Of a stretch of 64,000 bases of DNA, positions 1 through 8,791 are shown piece by piece. The notes beneath the pieces were generated by a model that was given only the letters and a program-made list of their open reading frames with translations, was not told where the DNA came from and did no database searches. The first letter of the stretch is position 1. The number at the start of each line of letters is the position of its first letter. The DNA lies in IMG/VR virus record IMGVR_UViG_3300012936_000005, positions 1 to 64,000 of that record; one strand, given 5' to 3'. The stretch is from a virus. The position numbers and the translations under genes are program-made.

Positions 1-651
1 GAACTAGAAGCAGACGATCTTATTGCAGGTTGGATACAAGCACACCCTAATGATAATCATGTTATTATTAGTACTGACGGTGACTTTGCACAACTTATTG
101 CACCTAACGTAAAACAATACAATGGTGTTAGCAATACAGTAATTACACACGAAGGTTACTTTGACGATAAGAAGAAGAAACCCGTACTTGACAAAAAGAC
201 AGGAGAACCTAAGCCTGCACCTAATCCACAATTTATGTTGTTTGAGAAGTGTATGCGAGGTGACACAAGTGACAATGTGTTTAGTGCTTATCCTGGTGTA
301 AGAACAAAAGGCACTAAGAACAAAGTCGGACTAATTGAAGCATTTGAAGATAGAGAAACTAAAGGCTTTAATTGGAATAACATGATGCTACAACGTTGGA
401 CAGATCACGATGGTGTAGAGCATCGTGTATTAGATGACTATCAACGTAACGTGGTACTTTGCGACTTGACTGCACAGCCAGGTAATATTAGAAGTATAAT
501 TAACGATGTAGTAGAAGATGCTATGGAACAACCTAAAGCAGTTACACAAGTAGGTATGCGACTAATGAAATTTTGTGCAAAACATGATATGCAACGTATT
601 GCAGATAACATTCAACTTTATGCTGACCCGCTTAATGCGAGGTACACATAA
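1..651 (+). CDS. rnh: RNase H / 5'-3' exonuclease (T4 rnh/FEN-like), 5'-partial
   Basis: Frame 1 is open from base 1: ELEADDLIAGW...IISTDGDFAQL, then in frame RGDTSDNV..AYPGV; acidic motifs of 5' nucleases. Confidence 0.85.
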   Translation, partial: ELEADDLIAGWIQAHPNDNHVIISTDGDFAQLIAPNVKQYNGVSNTVITHEGYFDDKKKKPVLDKKTGEPKPAPNPQFMLFEKCMRGDTSDNVFSAYPGVRTKGTKNKVGLIEAFEDRETKGFNWNNMMLQRWTDHDGVEHRVLDDYQRNVVLCDLTAQPGNIRSIINDVVEDAMEQPKAVTQVGMRLMKFCAKHDMQRIADNIQLYADPLNARYT

Positions 652-662
652 TGGAGGTAAAA

Positions 663-1142
663 ATGACAATAAAGGCAAAACCAATACTAAAAAATAAATT
701 TTGGATTGTTGAGAAAGATGGCGAAAGAATCGGCACACTTTCTAAACAAGAAGACAAAAGGTATATGTATAGTTGTTCTACAGGCACAGACTATTTTACT
801 GATATAAAGGCTTTCAACAATTACATAGGTGGATTAAGTTTTGATAAAGCAACTATTTCAGATGGTAGTAATGCAGTAAAAGAAATACACGGTTTTTCAA
901 CATCTAGTACACCTTATAATGTAATGTACAATGTACAAAAGAAATTACCGCTTTTTACTAAAAGTAAAAAATCTAAGAGCTTGTATGCGGCGGGCTATTA
1001 CATTATTCATTTTGATAAAGGTTGGGTACGAAGTTTCTGTCCTAAGTTAGTAACACTTGAAAAGTATGAATATAAAGGACCTTTCAAAACTGAATTTACT
1101 ATGAGACAGGAATTATCAGATGCAAACAAACGAGCCAATTAA
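663..1142 (+). CDS. hypothetical protein
   Basis: ORF 651..1142; ATG at 663 preceded by GGAGG. Confidence 0.75.
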   Translation: MTIKAKPILKNKFWIVEKDGERIGTLSKQEDKRYMYSCSTGTDYFTDIKAFNNYIGGLSFDKATISDGSNAVKEIHGFSTSSTPYNVMYNVQKKLPLFTKSKKSKSLYAAGYYIIHFDKGWVRSFCPKLVTLEKYEYKGPFKTEFTMRQELSDANKRAN

Positions 1143-1368
1143 CACTATACCAATTCAGCAGTTTATACAAATTGTTAAGACTGCTGAAGCAAGTAATCAA
1201 AAAGAAATTAGGATTCCATTAACACAAGCAAAAGCACTTGCCTATGCTTTAGGAACTGTAATGGCAAACCATCAAGGAAGATTAGAAAAACTTATTATTG
1301 ATAACAAATCTAATGCTGACGAAGAAGTAGTAACTGTAACTATGGACGGTGGGAGTGATTGGAAATGA
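1120..1368 (+). CDS. hypothetical protein
   Basis: 82-aa ORF overlapping both neighbours; AGGA upstream. Confidence 0.7.
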   Translation: MQTNEPINTIPIQQFIQIVKTAEASNQKEIRIPLTQAKALAYALGTVMANHQGRLEKLIIDNKSNADEEVVTVTMDGGSDWK

Positions 1369-1634
1369 AGTGGTTTATTGTAGTTTTATTTCTACTTGAT
1401 CCAAATGCTGATATCACTGCTGATAGAGATATCTACGTATTTACAGAACCAACATTTGAGACTCAAGAACAATGTCAATCAGATGTTGTTGATCCAGCAG
1501 TTTATCCTACTCTAGTACAAAAACTGTTGCTTGAATACAAGTATCCTAGGAAGATACAAAATGTATTTTGTGTAAGCGAAAAAGAACTTAGGCAAATACT
1601 AGGTGCTTTAACGGCAAAACAAGTGAAATACTAG
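1365..1634 (+). CDS. small hypothetical protein with hydrophobic N-terminus (possibly exported)
   Basis: MKWFIVVLFLL, two Cys; ATGA coupling to the upstream stop. Confidence 0.6.
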   Translation: MKWFIVVLFLLDPNADITADRDIYVFTEPTFETQEQCQSDVVDPAVYPTLVQKLLLEYKYPRKIQNVFCVSEKELRQILGALTAKQVKY

Positions 1635-1653
1635 TAGTTTTCTACTAAAAAAA

Positions 1654-1661
1654 GATAAATA
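1654..1661 (+). promoter_or_regulatory. T4-like late promoter motif GATAAATA
   Basis: Intergenic 7/8 match to TATAAATA; motif recurs before several genes. Confidence 0.6.
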
Positions 1662-1693
1662 TATGCGTAGTTAATTAAAAGGATTACGCATAT
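1661..1693 (+). promoter_or_regulatory. hairpin occluding the RBS/start of gene 1692
   Basis: ATATGCGTA (1661-1669) / TACGCATAT (1685-1693) perfect 9-bp inverted repeat enclosing AAGGA and overlapping the ATG. Confidence 0.65.
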
Positions 1694-1982
1694 GAGTAGA
1701 CCAAAACCAACAATTATTTTAGAGAATGTAGACAAAGCATCTTACAAGTGTGAGCAAGTTTTGCAAGCAGAAGCCATATGGGCAGTGTTCTATAAAGGCG
1801 CTCCATTCAATCTAAAAACATCAAACGCAATTACGAATTATCCAGGTCCTAAGTATAAGAAAGTATCTTTCTCCAATCCAGGACATGCACACAATCTAGC
1901 AAAGAAACTAAATGATCTTTTCAAAAGCGAAGACTTCGCTGTATACAAGCTGACATCGGGCGAACTGGTTACAGATGAATGA
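1692..1982 (+). CDS. hypothetical protein
   Basis: 96-aa ORF with AAGGA RBS. Confidence 0.8.
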   Translation: MSRPKPTIILENVDKASYKCEQVLQAEAIWAVFYKGAPFNLKTSNAITNYPGPKYKKVSFSNPGHAHNLAKKLNDLFKSEDFAVYKLTSGELVTDE

Positions 1983-2359
1983 ACTGGAAAGAAACATACA
2001 CTAAGGTATTCTTAAAGCAATCAGACATCGCTATTAGTGACGCTAATATTAAGCAGTATATGGCGGACTGGTGGCAGAACAATAGAGGCAAAACTGAAGG
2101 CGGTTTACGTCTTACAGAAGATGGCTTTGATTTCTTGCATGATACTTTAGAAATACAAATGTATGAAATACCTTTTCCAAAAGATTTCAAATTTACTACC
2201 CAGACATATATCTTTTTAGACCAATTTATTACTTGTCCATACTACCTTACTAATCGTAGTATATGGGTTACAGATGAAAAAAAGAGTATGGAACTGCATC
2301 TTTTCAGCGGAGATCTACGCAAATACGGTCTTACAAAAGCAATGAAAAGACACGAGTAA
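1979..2359 (+). CDS. hypothetical protein
   Basis: 126-aa ORF, ATGA-coupled. Confidence 0.8.
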   Translation: MNWKETYTKVFLKQSDIAISDANIKQYMADWWQNNRGKTEGGLRLTEDGFDFLHDTLEIQMYEIPFPKDFKFTTQTYIFLDQFITCPYYLTNRSIWVTDEKKSMELHLFSGDLRKYGLTKAMKRHE

Positions 2360-2375
2360 TACATACTAACACCCC

Positions 2376-2456
2376 AGAAAAGCGTTAAATGGCATTTAAG
2401 AGCCATTTAGACACCAAAATCGTGCATTTTAGACGCCTAAAATGGTGGTGATTTCT
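2376..2456. other. multi-hairpin intergenic element (candidate structured RNA or terminator region)
   Basis: TAAATGGC/GCCATTTA (2386-2409), CATTTTAG/CTAAAATG (2425-2444), CACCA/TGGTG (2412-2450). Confidence 0.4.
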
Positions 2457-2500
2457 TTTGCTATCTTTTATAATAAACCAAATTATTTGTCCAAAATAGG

Positions 2501-2529
2501 TTGACCTTTGAGTAGAACGAGTGTATTAT
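2501..2529 (+). promoter_or_regulatory. sigma70-type promoter
   Basis: TTGACC-17 bp-TATTAT upstream of the AAA+ gene. Confidence 0.65.
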
Positions 2530-2586
2530 ATATACATACTTAGAAATTAAGTATGGCACTGATAAAAAATGAAAGAGGAATATACA

Positions 2587-3675
2587 ATGGAAACTACCGC
2601 ACTACGTACAGTATCGCCCAATCAAGCTAAAAAAAGCATTATGAGGGCATTCAAGAAAAAACGTCCTATCTTTATGTGGGGACCTCCAGGCATTGGTAAA
2701 TCTGATGTTGTTGGACAGATTACAGAATCGCTTAAGAATTCACATTTGATTGACATTCGTTTGTCACTTTGGGAACCTACAGATATTAAAGGTATTCCAT
2801 ATTATGCGGCCAACGATAATGTAATGGCTTGGGCACCACCGCAAGAACTTCCAACAGAAGAGTTTGCTAAGAAGTTCAAATATGTTGTTTTATTCTTAGA
2901 CGAAATGAATTCTGCGGCACCGGCAGTACAGGCGGCGGCTTACCAACTTATTCTAAACAGACGTATTGGACAATACAAACTGCCCGATAATGTTCTTATT
3001 GTTGCGGCTGGTAATAGAGAAGCTGACAAAGGTGTTACTTATAGAATGCCTGCTCCGTTGGCAAACAGATTTGTTCACTTAGAGCTTGCAGTTGATTTTG
3101 ATGACTGGATGCAGTGGGCAACTGAAAACCATATACATCCTGATGTTGTTGGTTATTTGAATTTTAGCAAGAAAGACTTGTATGACTTTGATCCTAAAAG
3201 TCCAAGCCGTTCATTTGCTACACCTCGTTCTTGGTCATTTGTATCTGAACTTATTGAAGATGATGATGACGAGAATACCACTACTGATTTAGTTAGTGGT
3301 TCTGTCGGCGAAGGACTTGCCGTTAAGTTTATGGCGCATCGTAAGGTTGCTTCGAAACTTCCTGATCCTACTGAAATACTTTTAGGTAAGGTTGAGAAGT
3401 GTGAAACTAAAGAAATCAGTGCCATGTATTCCTTGACTGTTTCACTTTGCTATGAACTTAAAGACGCTTGCGATAAGAACGATAAAAAGTTTGACAATAA
3501 AGTAAACAACTTTTTACGTTTTGCAATGGATAATTTTGATACTGAATTGGTTGTCATGGGTATCAAACTTGCTCTTACACAATACTCTCTTCCAATCGAT
3601 CCAGATGAAGTTGAGTGTTTTGATGAGTTCCATGAGCGTTTTGGTAAGTATATTTCAGCCGCACAAAGCGCCTAA
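2587..3675 (+). CDS. AAA+ ATPase (MoxR-related)
   Basis: Walker A GPPGIGKS, Walker B LFLDEMN, AAGN, arginine finger LANRF; ATG at 2587 follows GAGGA (alternative start 2569). Confidence 0.9.
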   Translation: METTALRTVSPNQAKKSIMRAFKKKRPIFMWGPPGIGKSDVVGQITESLKNSHLIDIRLSLWEPTDIKGIPYYAANDNVMAWAPPQELPTEEFAKKFKYVVLFLDEMNSAAPAVQAAAYQLILNRRIGQYKLPDNVLIVAAGNREADKGVTYRMPAPLANRFVHLELAVDFDDWMQWATENHIHPDVVGYLNFSKKDLYDFDPKSPSRSFATPRSWSFVSELIEDDDDENTTTDLVSGSVGEGLAVKFMAHRKVASKLPDPTEILLGKVEKCETKEISAMYSLTVSLCYELKDACDKNDKKFDNKVNNFLRFAMDNFDTELVVMGIKLALTQYSLPIDPDEVECFDEFHERFGKYISAAQSA

Positions 3676-3680
3676 GGCGT

Positions 3681-3724
3681 GGGGATATTGGACAAGGCAT
3701 ACTAAGACCTTGTCCAGTATTTCT
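3681..3724 (+). terminator. long hairpin (terminator-like or processing/stability element)
   Basis: GGGGATATTGGACAAGG / CCTTGTCCAGTATTTCT, 17-bp stem including G-U pairs, just after the stop; no clean U-tract. Confidence 0.55.
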
Positions 3725-3733
3725 CCAAAACTG

Positions 3734-3762
3734 TTGACATATGATAGTAAATATAGTATACT
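3734..3762 (+). promoter_or_regulatory. sigma70-type promoter
   Basis: TTGACA-17 bp-TATACT. Confidence 0.75.
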
Positions 3763-3796
3763 GTAAGAACAATAAGGCACTGAAGGAGTACAAATT

Positions 3797-5086
3797 ATGG
3801 GCATAGAAACAAAAGGTTTTCAACCAAATCCAGACATTACAAAAGAAGAACTAGAAGCTATGAGAATAGATGTAGCTGATAGAATTATTGTAGCAAGGGT
3901 TGGTTTGCTTCTAAGACATCCATTCTTTGGTAACATGGCTACTAGACTTATTGTTAAACATTGTGATGACTGGTGTCCTACTGCCGCAACAGACGGCAGA
4001 CATTTGTATTACAATACACAATTTTTTAATGCACTTTCTAACAAAGAAATAGAATTTGTAATCGCACACGAAATATTGCATTGTGTCTTTGATCATATCG
4101 TTAGACGAGAAGGTCGTATTCCTATTTTACACAATATCGCGTGTGATTACATCGTAAACAATACACTGGTACGTGATCGTATTGGTGAGATGGTAAAACT
4201 TGTTCAGTGTTATCAAGACTTCAAATATGAAGGTTGGACTAGTGAAGCAGTATATGATGAATTATTTAAGAAAGCAGAAGAGAACGGTCAAGAGTATCTA
4301 AAGCAATTAGGTGATTTACTTGACGAACACGTAGACTGGGAAGAAGCTCCAGAAAGTGATTCTAAAGATTCAAAAGGTAAAAAAGCCGAAAAAGGCGAAG
4401 GTAGACCTACATATACAAAAGATGAACTTAAAAAGATACGTGACGAAATAAAAGAAAACATGATAAGTTCTGCACAGGCGGCAGGTGCTGGTAATACACC
4501 TAAAGAAGTGCAACGTATTATCAAAGAATTAACAGAACCTAAAATGAACTGGCGTGAATTGTTGCGTCAGCAAATTCAATCTACAATTAGAAATGATTAC
4601 ACATTTAGTCGTCCTTCACGTAAAGGTTGGCATACTGGTGCAGTACTTCCTGGTATGAACTTTATGGATACTATTGATGTTGCTATAGGAATTGATATGA
4701 GTGGCTCTATAGGTGATAGTCAAGCAAAAGTATTCCTTAGTGAAGTAAAAGGTATTATGGACGAGTACAAAGATTACAACATCAAGTTATGGTGTTTTGA
4801 TACTGCCGTTTACAACGAAGCAGACTTTAGTGCAGATGGCGGAGAAGACTTAATGGACTATGATGTACAAGGCGGTGGTGGCACTGAGTTTATGTGTAAC
4901 TGGGAGTATATGAAAGAAAACGATATTACGCCTAAGAAGTTTATTATGTTTACAGACGGATATCCATTTGGTAGCTGGGGTGAAGCAGACTACTGTGAAA
5001 CCGTGTTTATTATTCATGGTCATCATGATAAAAATACAAAGGCTCCATTCGGTGTAACTGCCCACTACGAAGAGGAGGCGGCTTGA
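3797..5086 (+). CDS. putative metallopeptidase + VWA-domain protein (DUF2201-like)
   Basis: TAATDG, HEILH (HEXXH), C-terminal MIDAS-like DMSGS, GGGGT, FTDG; AAGGAG RBS; adjacent to AAA+ ATPase. Confidence 0.85.
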   Translation: MGIETKGFQPNPDITKEELEAMRIDVADRIIVARVGLLLRHPFFGNMATRLIVKHCDDWCPTAATDGRHLYYNTQFFNALSNKEIEFVIAHEILHCVFDHIVRREGRIPILHNIACDYIVNNTLVRDRIGEMVKLVQCYQDFKYEGWTSEAVYDELFKKAEENGQEYLKQLGDLLDEHVDWEEAPESDSKDSKGKKAEKGEGRPTYTKDELKKIRDEIKENMISSAQAAGAGNTPKEVQRIIKELTEPKMNWRELLRQQIQSTIRNDYTFSRPSRKGWHTGAVLPGMNFMDTIDVAIGIDMSGSIGDSQAKVFLSEVKGIMDEYKDYNIKLWCFDTAVYNEADFSADGGEDLMDYDVQGGGGTEFMCNWEYMKENDITPKKFIMFTDGYPFGSWGEADYCETVFIIHGHHDKNTKAPFGVTAHYEEEAA

Positions 5087-5361
5087 TCGCAAACAAAATT
5101 ACAGCCCAGGACTTTTTTGAGATAAGGAGGCTTAAATTTCAGCCACCTCATCTTGCTACGATTGATTTACCACACACATATAATATGGAAAGTGCCATAA
5201 GTAAATGGATAGAATCTAACCTAAAAAAGCGATATTTCCTCAAAAAAGCAGTAGGTCTTACCAAGGAAAATAAGATAGATACAGTTCTTAGAGCAGGATT
5301 TGAAGATCCAAAAGAACTATCTTATTTCGTTTTGGCGTGTCCACATTTGAAATACAAGTAA
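5083..5361 (+). CDS. hypothetical protein
   Basis: TTG start overlapping the upstream stop; GAGGAGG upstream. Confidence 0.65.
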   Translation: MIANKITAQDFFEIRRLKFQPPHLATIDLPHTYNMESAISKWIESNLKKRYFLKKAVGLTKENKIDTVLRAGFEDPKELSYFVLACPHLKYK

Positions 5362-5364
5362 ATA
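5358..5364 (+). promoter_or_regulatory. late promoter-like GTAAATA
   Basis: TAAATA core overlapping a stop codon upstream of gene 5400. Confidence 0.4.
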
Positions 5365-5399
5365 TAAAGTACATATATAATACATAAGGAGTGAATAAT

Positions 5400-5705
5400 A
5401 TGTCAGAAGAAACTAAAAAAGCAGAAGCTCAAGCGGCGCCGACAGCGGCACCAGCAGGTGAAGCACCAAACGCAGGTGTATCAACTGCACCCGTTGAACT
5501 TACTGTTCAAGATCTTGGAGTACTAAGATCAATTATTGATGTTGCATCACAAAGAGGTGCATTCAAAGCCAACGAAATGGAAGCAGTTGGTAAAACATTT
5601 AATAAACTTGATGCTTTCCTACAGACAGTTCAAAAAGCTGAAGAAGAAGCTAAAAAGAAAAATGAAGGAACTGCTCCAGCGGAAGCACCTAAAGGAGACA
5701 AGTAA
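5400..5705 (+). CDS. hypothetical protein with Ala/Pro-rich termini
   Basis: TAAGGAG RBS before ATG 5400. Confidence 0.75.
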   Translation: MSEETKKAEAQAAPTAAPAGEAPNAGVSTAPVELTVQDLGVLRSIIDVASQRGAFKANEMEAVGKTFNKLDAFLQTVQKAEEEAKKKNEGTAPAEAPKGDK

Positions 5706-6364
5706 TGGCCGAAATTAAACACGTAGGCAGATTAAAAAGTAACCAACGTAAGGTTGTAGTTGCATATAGAGTTGTTCCAGGTGAGAATCCACCAGAGAAC
5801 GCACTAGTAATTGACACTGCTACTTTAAGTGATGCCGATCATGATACGTTGATTAAAACAGTTGAAAGTAATTCAGCTCAGACAGCATTTGAATTTGCTG
5901 AAGTTATGGCGAGAACACAATTAAGCGATGGTGCTAATATGTTAGCTAGGTTTCACTCAACTGGCAAGCTACAACTAACCAAAATGGCTGATGTTGAAAT
6001 GACACCAAACACTGCAACGCAGATTGGTTTAGATGAACTAAACAAAATTATTGCAGAGCAAAAAGGTGTTACTATTGCAGATTTAGCATTGAAAGATCCT
6101 AACGAACCTGCACCAGGTACAACAATTACTGAAGCTGGTAGTGTTAGCGAAATCCCAAAGACTGCTGATAAAAACGTAGTAGCTGAAGCACAAACCGCTA
6201 ATTTACAAGCACCAAACGACGGTGTATTATCCGATGCTGATTTGGCCGCTAAATATCGTTCAGACGCAGACAGACTTTACAAAGAAGCAAAGGCACTTAG
6301 AGCACAAGCAGAAGAGCTTGTTCCTACTGTAAAGAAGAAGTCAAGTGCCAAAGCAACTGCCTAA
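5705..6364 (+). CDS. hypothetical protein
   Basis: 219-aa ORF, AAGGAG RBS, TAATG coupling. Confidence 0.8.
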   Translation: MAEIKHVGRLKSNQRKVVVAYRVVPGENPPENALVIDTATLSDADHDTLIKTVESNSAQTAFEFAEVMARTQLSDGANMLARFHSTGKLQLTKMADVEMTPNTATQIGLDELNKIIAEQKGVTIADLALKDPNEPAPGTTITEAGSVSEIPKTADKNVVAEAQTANLQAPNDGVLSDADLAAKYRSDADRLYKEAKALRAQAEELVPTVKKKSSAKATA

Positions 6365-6659
6365 TGATGTAATTAGGCACTGGCCTGAGGTTTTTCGTGA
6401 CATAGACATTCAAACTATTCCCATAAACTACCTTCAATCTATTAGAGTTGAATTTAGAGGAGGTAAGATATGGGAAATAGATTGCAATGCTAAACGTAGT
6501 ACTGGCGCTAATTTAGACGATGCAATAGCTGAACTATTCAACGAGTATGGTAAAGATATAAAGCATGTTGATTTTAGGCTTAATACAGCCAAAGTAAAGC
6601 GTGATGTACAGAAAAAAACAAGGGCTTTTTTAAAGAATCCCACAAAAAAGAAAAAGTAA
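6345..6659 (+). CDS. hypothetical protein
   Basis: 104-aa ORF, GTG start, basic C-terminus. Confidence 0.65.
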   Translation: MPKQLPNDVIRHWPEVFRDIDIQTIPINYLQSIRVEFRGGKIWEIDCNAKRSTGANLDDAIAELFNEYGKDIKHVDFRLNTAKVKRDVQKKTRAFLKNPTKKKK

Positions 6660-6671
6660 GTTTATCATTGT

Positions 6672-6693
6672 TTTGATATAAATACATATAACA
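6672..6693 (+). repeat. 22-bp element containing late promoter TATAAATA (copy 1; inverted copy at 39997-40018)
   Basis: TTTGATATAAATACATATAACA; TATAAATA at 6677-6684. Confidence 0.8.
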
Positions 6694-6711
6694 ATGAATT
6701 AGGAGCATTAC

Positions 6712-7746
6712 ATGGGTACTTTACGAATCAAACGAGGCACAAAGACGCAATTACAATCCAACCCAGGATATGTACCTGCAGAAGGTGAACTTGTTTATAC
6801 CACTGACACAAAAGAAGTATTTGTAGGAGACGGGGCTTTAACAGGTGGAACTCCAGTATCTGTATCAACACAGAATTTAGAAGACTTAGGTAACGTGCAG
6901 GCATTGGCCGCACAAAACGATCAAATACTTGTATATAACGGATCACAATGGGCCGCTACAGACAATCCAGCAGTAGACGTAAGAGGTAACATTTATGGTG
7001 ATGATTCAACGCTCCTAGTTGACGCAATCAATGGCAAAATTGTTGCTCCAGTAGAAACTACATCAGTTACAGCAACTAATTTAGTTGGTACTTTGACAGG
7101 TGATGTAACAGGTTCTGTTACAGGTAACGTTGTTGGAAATACAACAGGAACACACTTCGGAAATGTTGTTGGTAACTTAGATGGTGATATAAACGGATCT
7201 ATTTATGGTGACGATTCAACATTGCTAGTTGATGCTGTTAATAGTGTCGTTAGTGCAAGAGTCGATACCAACGAAGGCGTAATTTCAAGAGGTGGAGATC
7301 ATATCAAAACATTTGGTATAGGAGGTATTGATACTTCTCCAAGAGTAGAATTTATTTACAATGAAGCACCTGCAGATGGAACTGTAGTTATAGCTACACA
7401 CAGAGTTTTAGATCGCACACAACAAAAATTTGTTATACAAACACGTACCGGTAACACTTATCTAAGTCATCATGATAATGGTACAAATGGTATTACAATG
7501 TACGATAGCTATACAGTAGCCGGTGGACTAAAATTAAAAATAGAGCCTGCAAACTCAGACTTTACAGCACCAACTGAGGCATTAGAAGTTTTAGGTAATG
7601 CTAAAGCAACTGGCTTTGTACAATTTGGTTCATTAACAACTACACAACGTAATGCACTTACAGCGGCTAACGGAATGGTTATTTACAATACAAGTGATAA
7701 TAAATTCCAAGGCTATGAAAACGGTGCTTGGGTGAACCTAGTTTAA
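6712..7746 (+). CDS. fibre-like virion structural protein
   Basis: N-terminus LRIKRGT..PAEGELVYTTDT..FVGDG typical of phage fibre N-domains; duplicated IYGDDSTLLVDA motif; GxVTG/GNVVG repeats; late promoter upstream. Confidence 0.7.
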   Translation: MGTLRIKRGTKTQLQSNPGYVPAEGELVYTTDTKEVFVGDGALTGGTPVSVSTQNLEDLGNVQALAAQNDQILVYNGSQWAATDNPAVDVRGNIYGDDSTLLVDAINGKIVAPVETTSVTATNLVGTLTGDVTGSVTGNVVGNTTGTHFGNVVGNLDGDINGSIYGDDSTLLVDAVNSVVSARVDTNEGVISRGGDHIKTFGIGGIDTSPRVEFIYNEAPADGTVVIATHRVLDRTQQKFVIQTRTGNTYLSHHDNGTNGITMYDSYTVAGGLKLKIEPANSDFTAPTEALEVLGNAKATGFVQFGSLTTTQRNALTAANGMVIYNTSDNKFQGYENGAWVNLV

Positions 7747-7766
7747 TAACCCCCCATAACAACAGA

Positions 7767-7774
7767 GATAAGTA
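7767..7774 (+). promoter_or_regulatory. late promoter variant GATAAGTA, probably giving a leaderless mRNA
   Basis: 5 nt before ATG 7780; no SD. Confidence 0.55.
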
Positions 7775-7779
7775 ATAGT

Positions 7780-8361
7780 ATGCAAGTACTATATCTTATC
7801 CTCTTCTCTTATCTAGCCTATATGCTTATTGTTACTATTGGTATTACATATGGTTATCATAGATATTTTTCACACAGAGAATTTTCTGCAACACCTTGGC
7901 AAGAAGTTGTCATGCTTTACTGCGGTTTATTATGTGGAAATAGAAGTCCATTAGGATGGGTAGGTGTACACCGTATGCATCATGCATATGCAGATACACC
8001 GAAAGATCCGCATAGTGCAAAATATCAACCTTGGTATTCTATATTGTTTAGTTTATGGAGAGTAGATAGCATTCCGCGTAAATTTTTAAAGGATATGATT
8101 TCAAATCCTAGAGTAGTATTTTTTCACAAACATAGAAACTTAATTTATATTACAAATGCAATATTACTTACTTTAATTTTTGGATACAAGGCAATTATAG
8201 TATTAGCAATAATTTATGCTTTAGCCTACTTTGGCTTTGGCGCATTGAACTTTTGGGGGCATGACAGCAAAGGTCCGATTAATAATATTTGGGTAAATTT
8301 AATCGCACCGTTCGAAGGAAACCATAAAGATCATCATGAAATGGCGTTTAGAAGAGATTGA
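7780..8361 (+). CDS. membrane fatty acid desaturase (delta-9/DesC-like)
   Basis: Three His boxes HRYFSH, HRMHH, HKDHH; DTPKDPHS motif; hydrophobic segments. Confidence 0.88.
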   Translation: MQVLYLILFSYLAYMLIVTIGITYGYHRYFSHREFSATPWQEVVMLYCGLLCGNRSPLGWVGVHRMHHAYADTPKDPHSAKYQPWYSILFSLWRVDSIPRKFLKDMISNPRVVFFHKHRNLIYITNAILLTLIFGYKAIIVLAIIYALAYFGFGALNFWGHDSKGPINNIWVNLIAPFEGNHKDHHEMAFRRD

Positions 8362-8791
8362 ACCTCACATAGAGGATATTAAAGAACTGTTTGAAAAAAC
8401 ACAAGGACACAAACATGCAGATAACTATAGCAAGTGGCCTTTGTTTGAACATACCAAGTTTGCCCGCATGGGTTGGGATCCTCATTTAATTTATTACAGT
8501 GCTGGTATTGCTAGACCAGAATACAACGGCGGCATTAGAATTATGAGCCGTCATACTCGTGATCGAAATTATGATTGGGGTACAATGAAAGATGACTTGC
8601 AAAGAGGAAATGCTACATTAGGTTTTAGTACAAAAATGGCACTTGATATGGGCTATAAAGATATATGGGTAAGTAGAGAAGAAAATCCTAAACTACTAGA
8701 ATGGTTTCAAGAACATAGTTTTTATAATTGGAAAATTACACAAGAAGAAATTCCCTTAGGAGGACTGCAATGGGTCTTACGATTGGCATAA
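8336..8791 (+). CDS. hypothetical protein
   Basis: 151-aa ORF overlapping neighbours; no motif recognised. Confidence 0.7.
   Translation: MKWRLEEIEPHIEDIKELFEKTQGHKHADNYSKWPLFEHTKFARMGWDPHLIYYSAGIARPEYNGGIRIMSRHTRDRNYDWGTMKDDLQRGNATLGFSTKMALDMGYKDIWVSREENPKLLEWFQEHSFYNWKITQEEIPLGGLQWVLRLA

Noticed and set aside
1632-1653. TAGTAG-TTTT-CTACTA hairpin as a terminator
   Set aside because: Weak 6-bp AT-rich stem with no U-tract 3' of it on either strand.
6712-7746. Diversity-generating retroelement target (Mtd-like N-terminus)
   Set aside because: No reverse transcriptase, no TR/VR pair and no C-type lectin-like C-terminus. The internal repeat differs at mixed, mostly synonymous positions.
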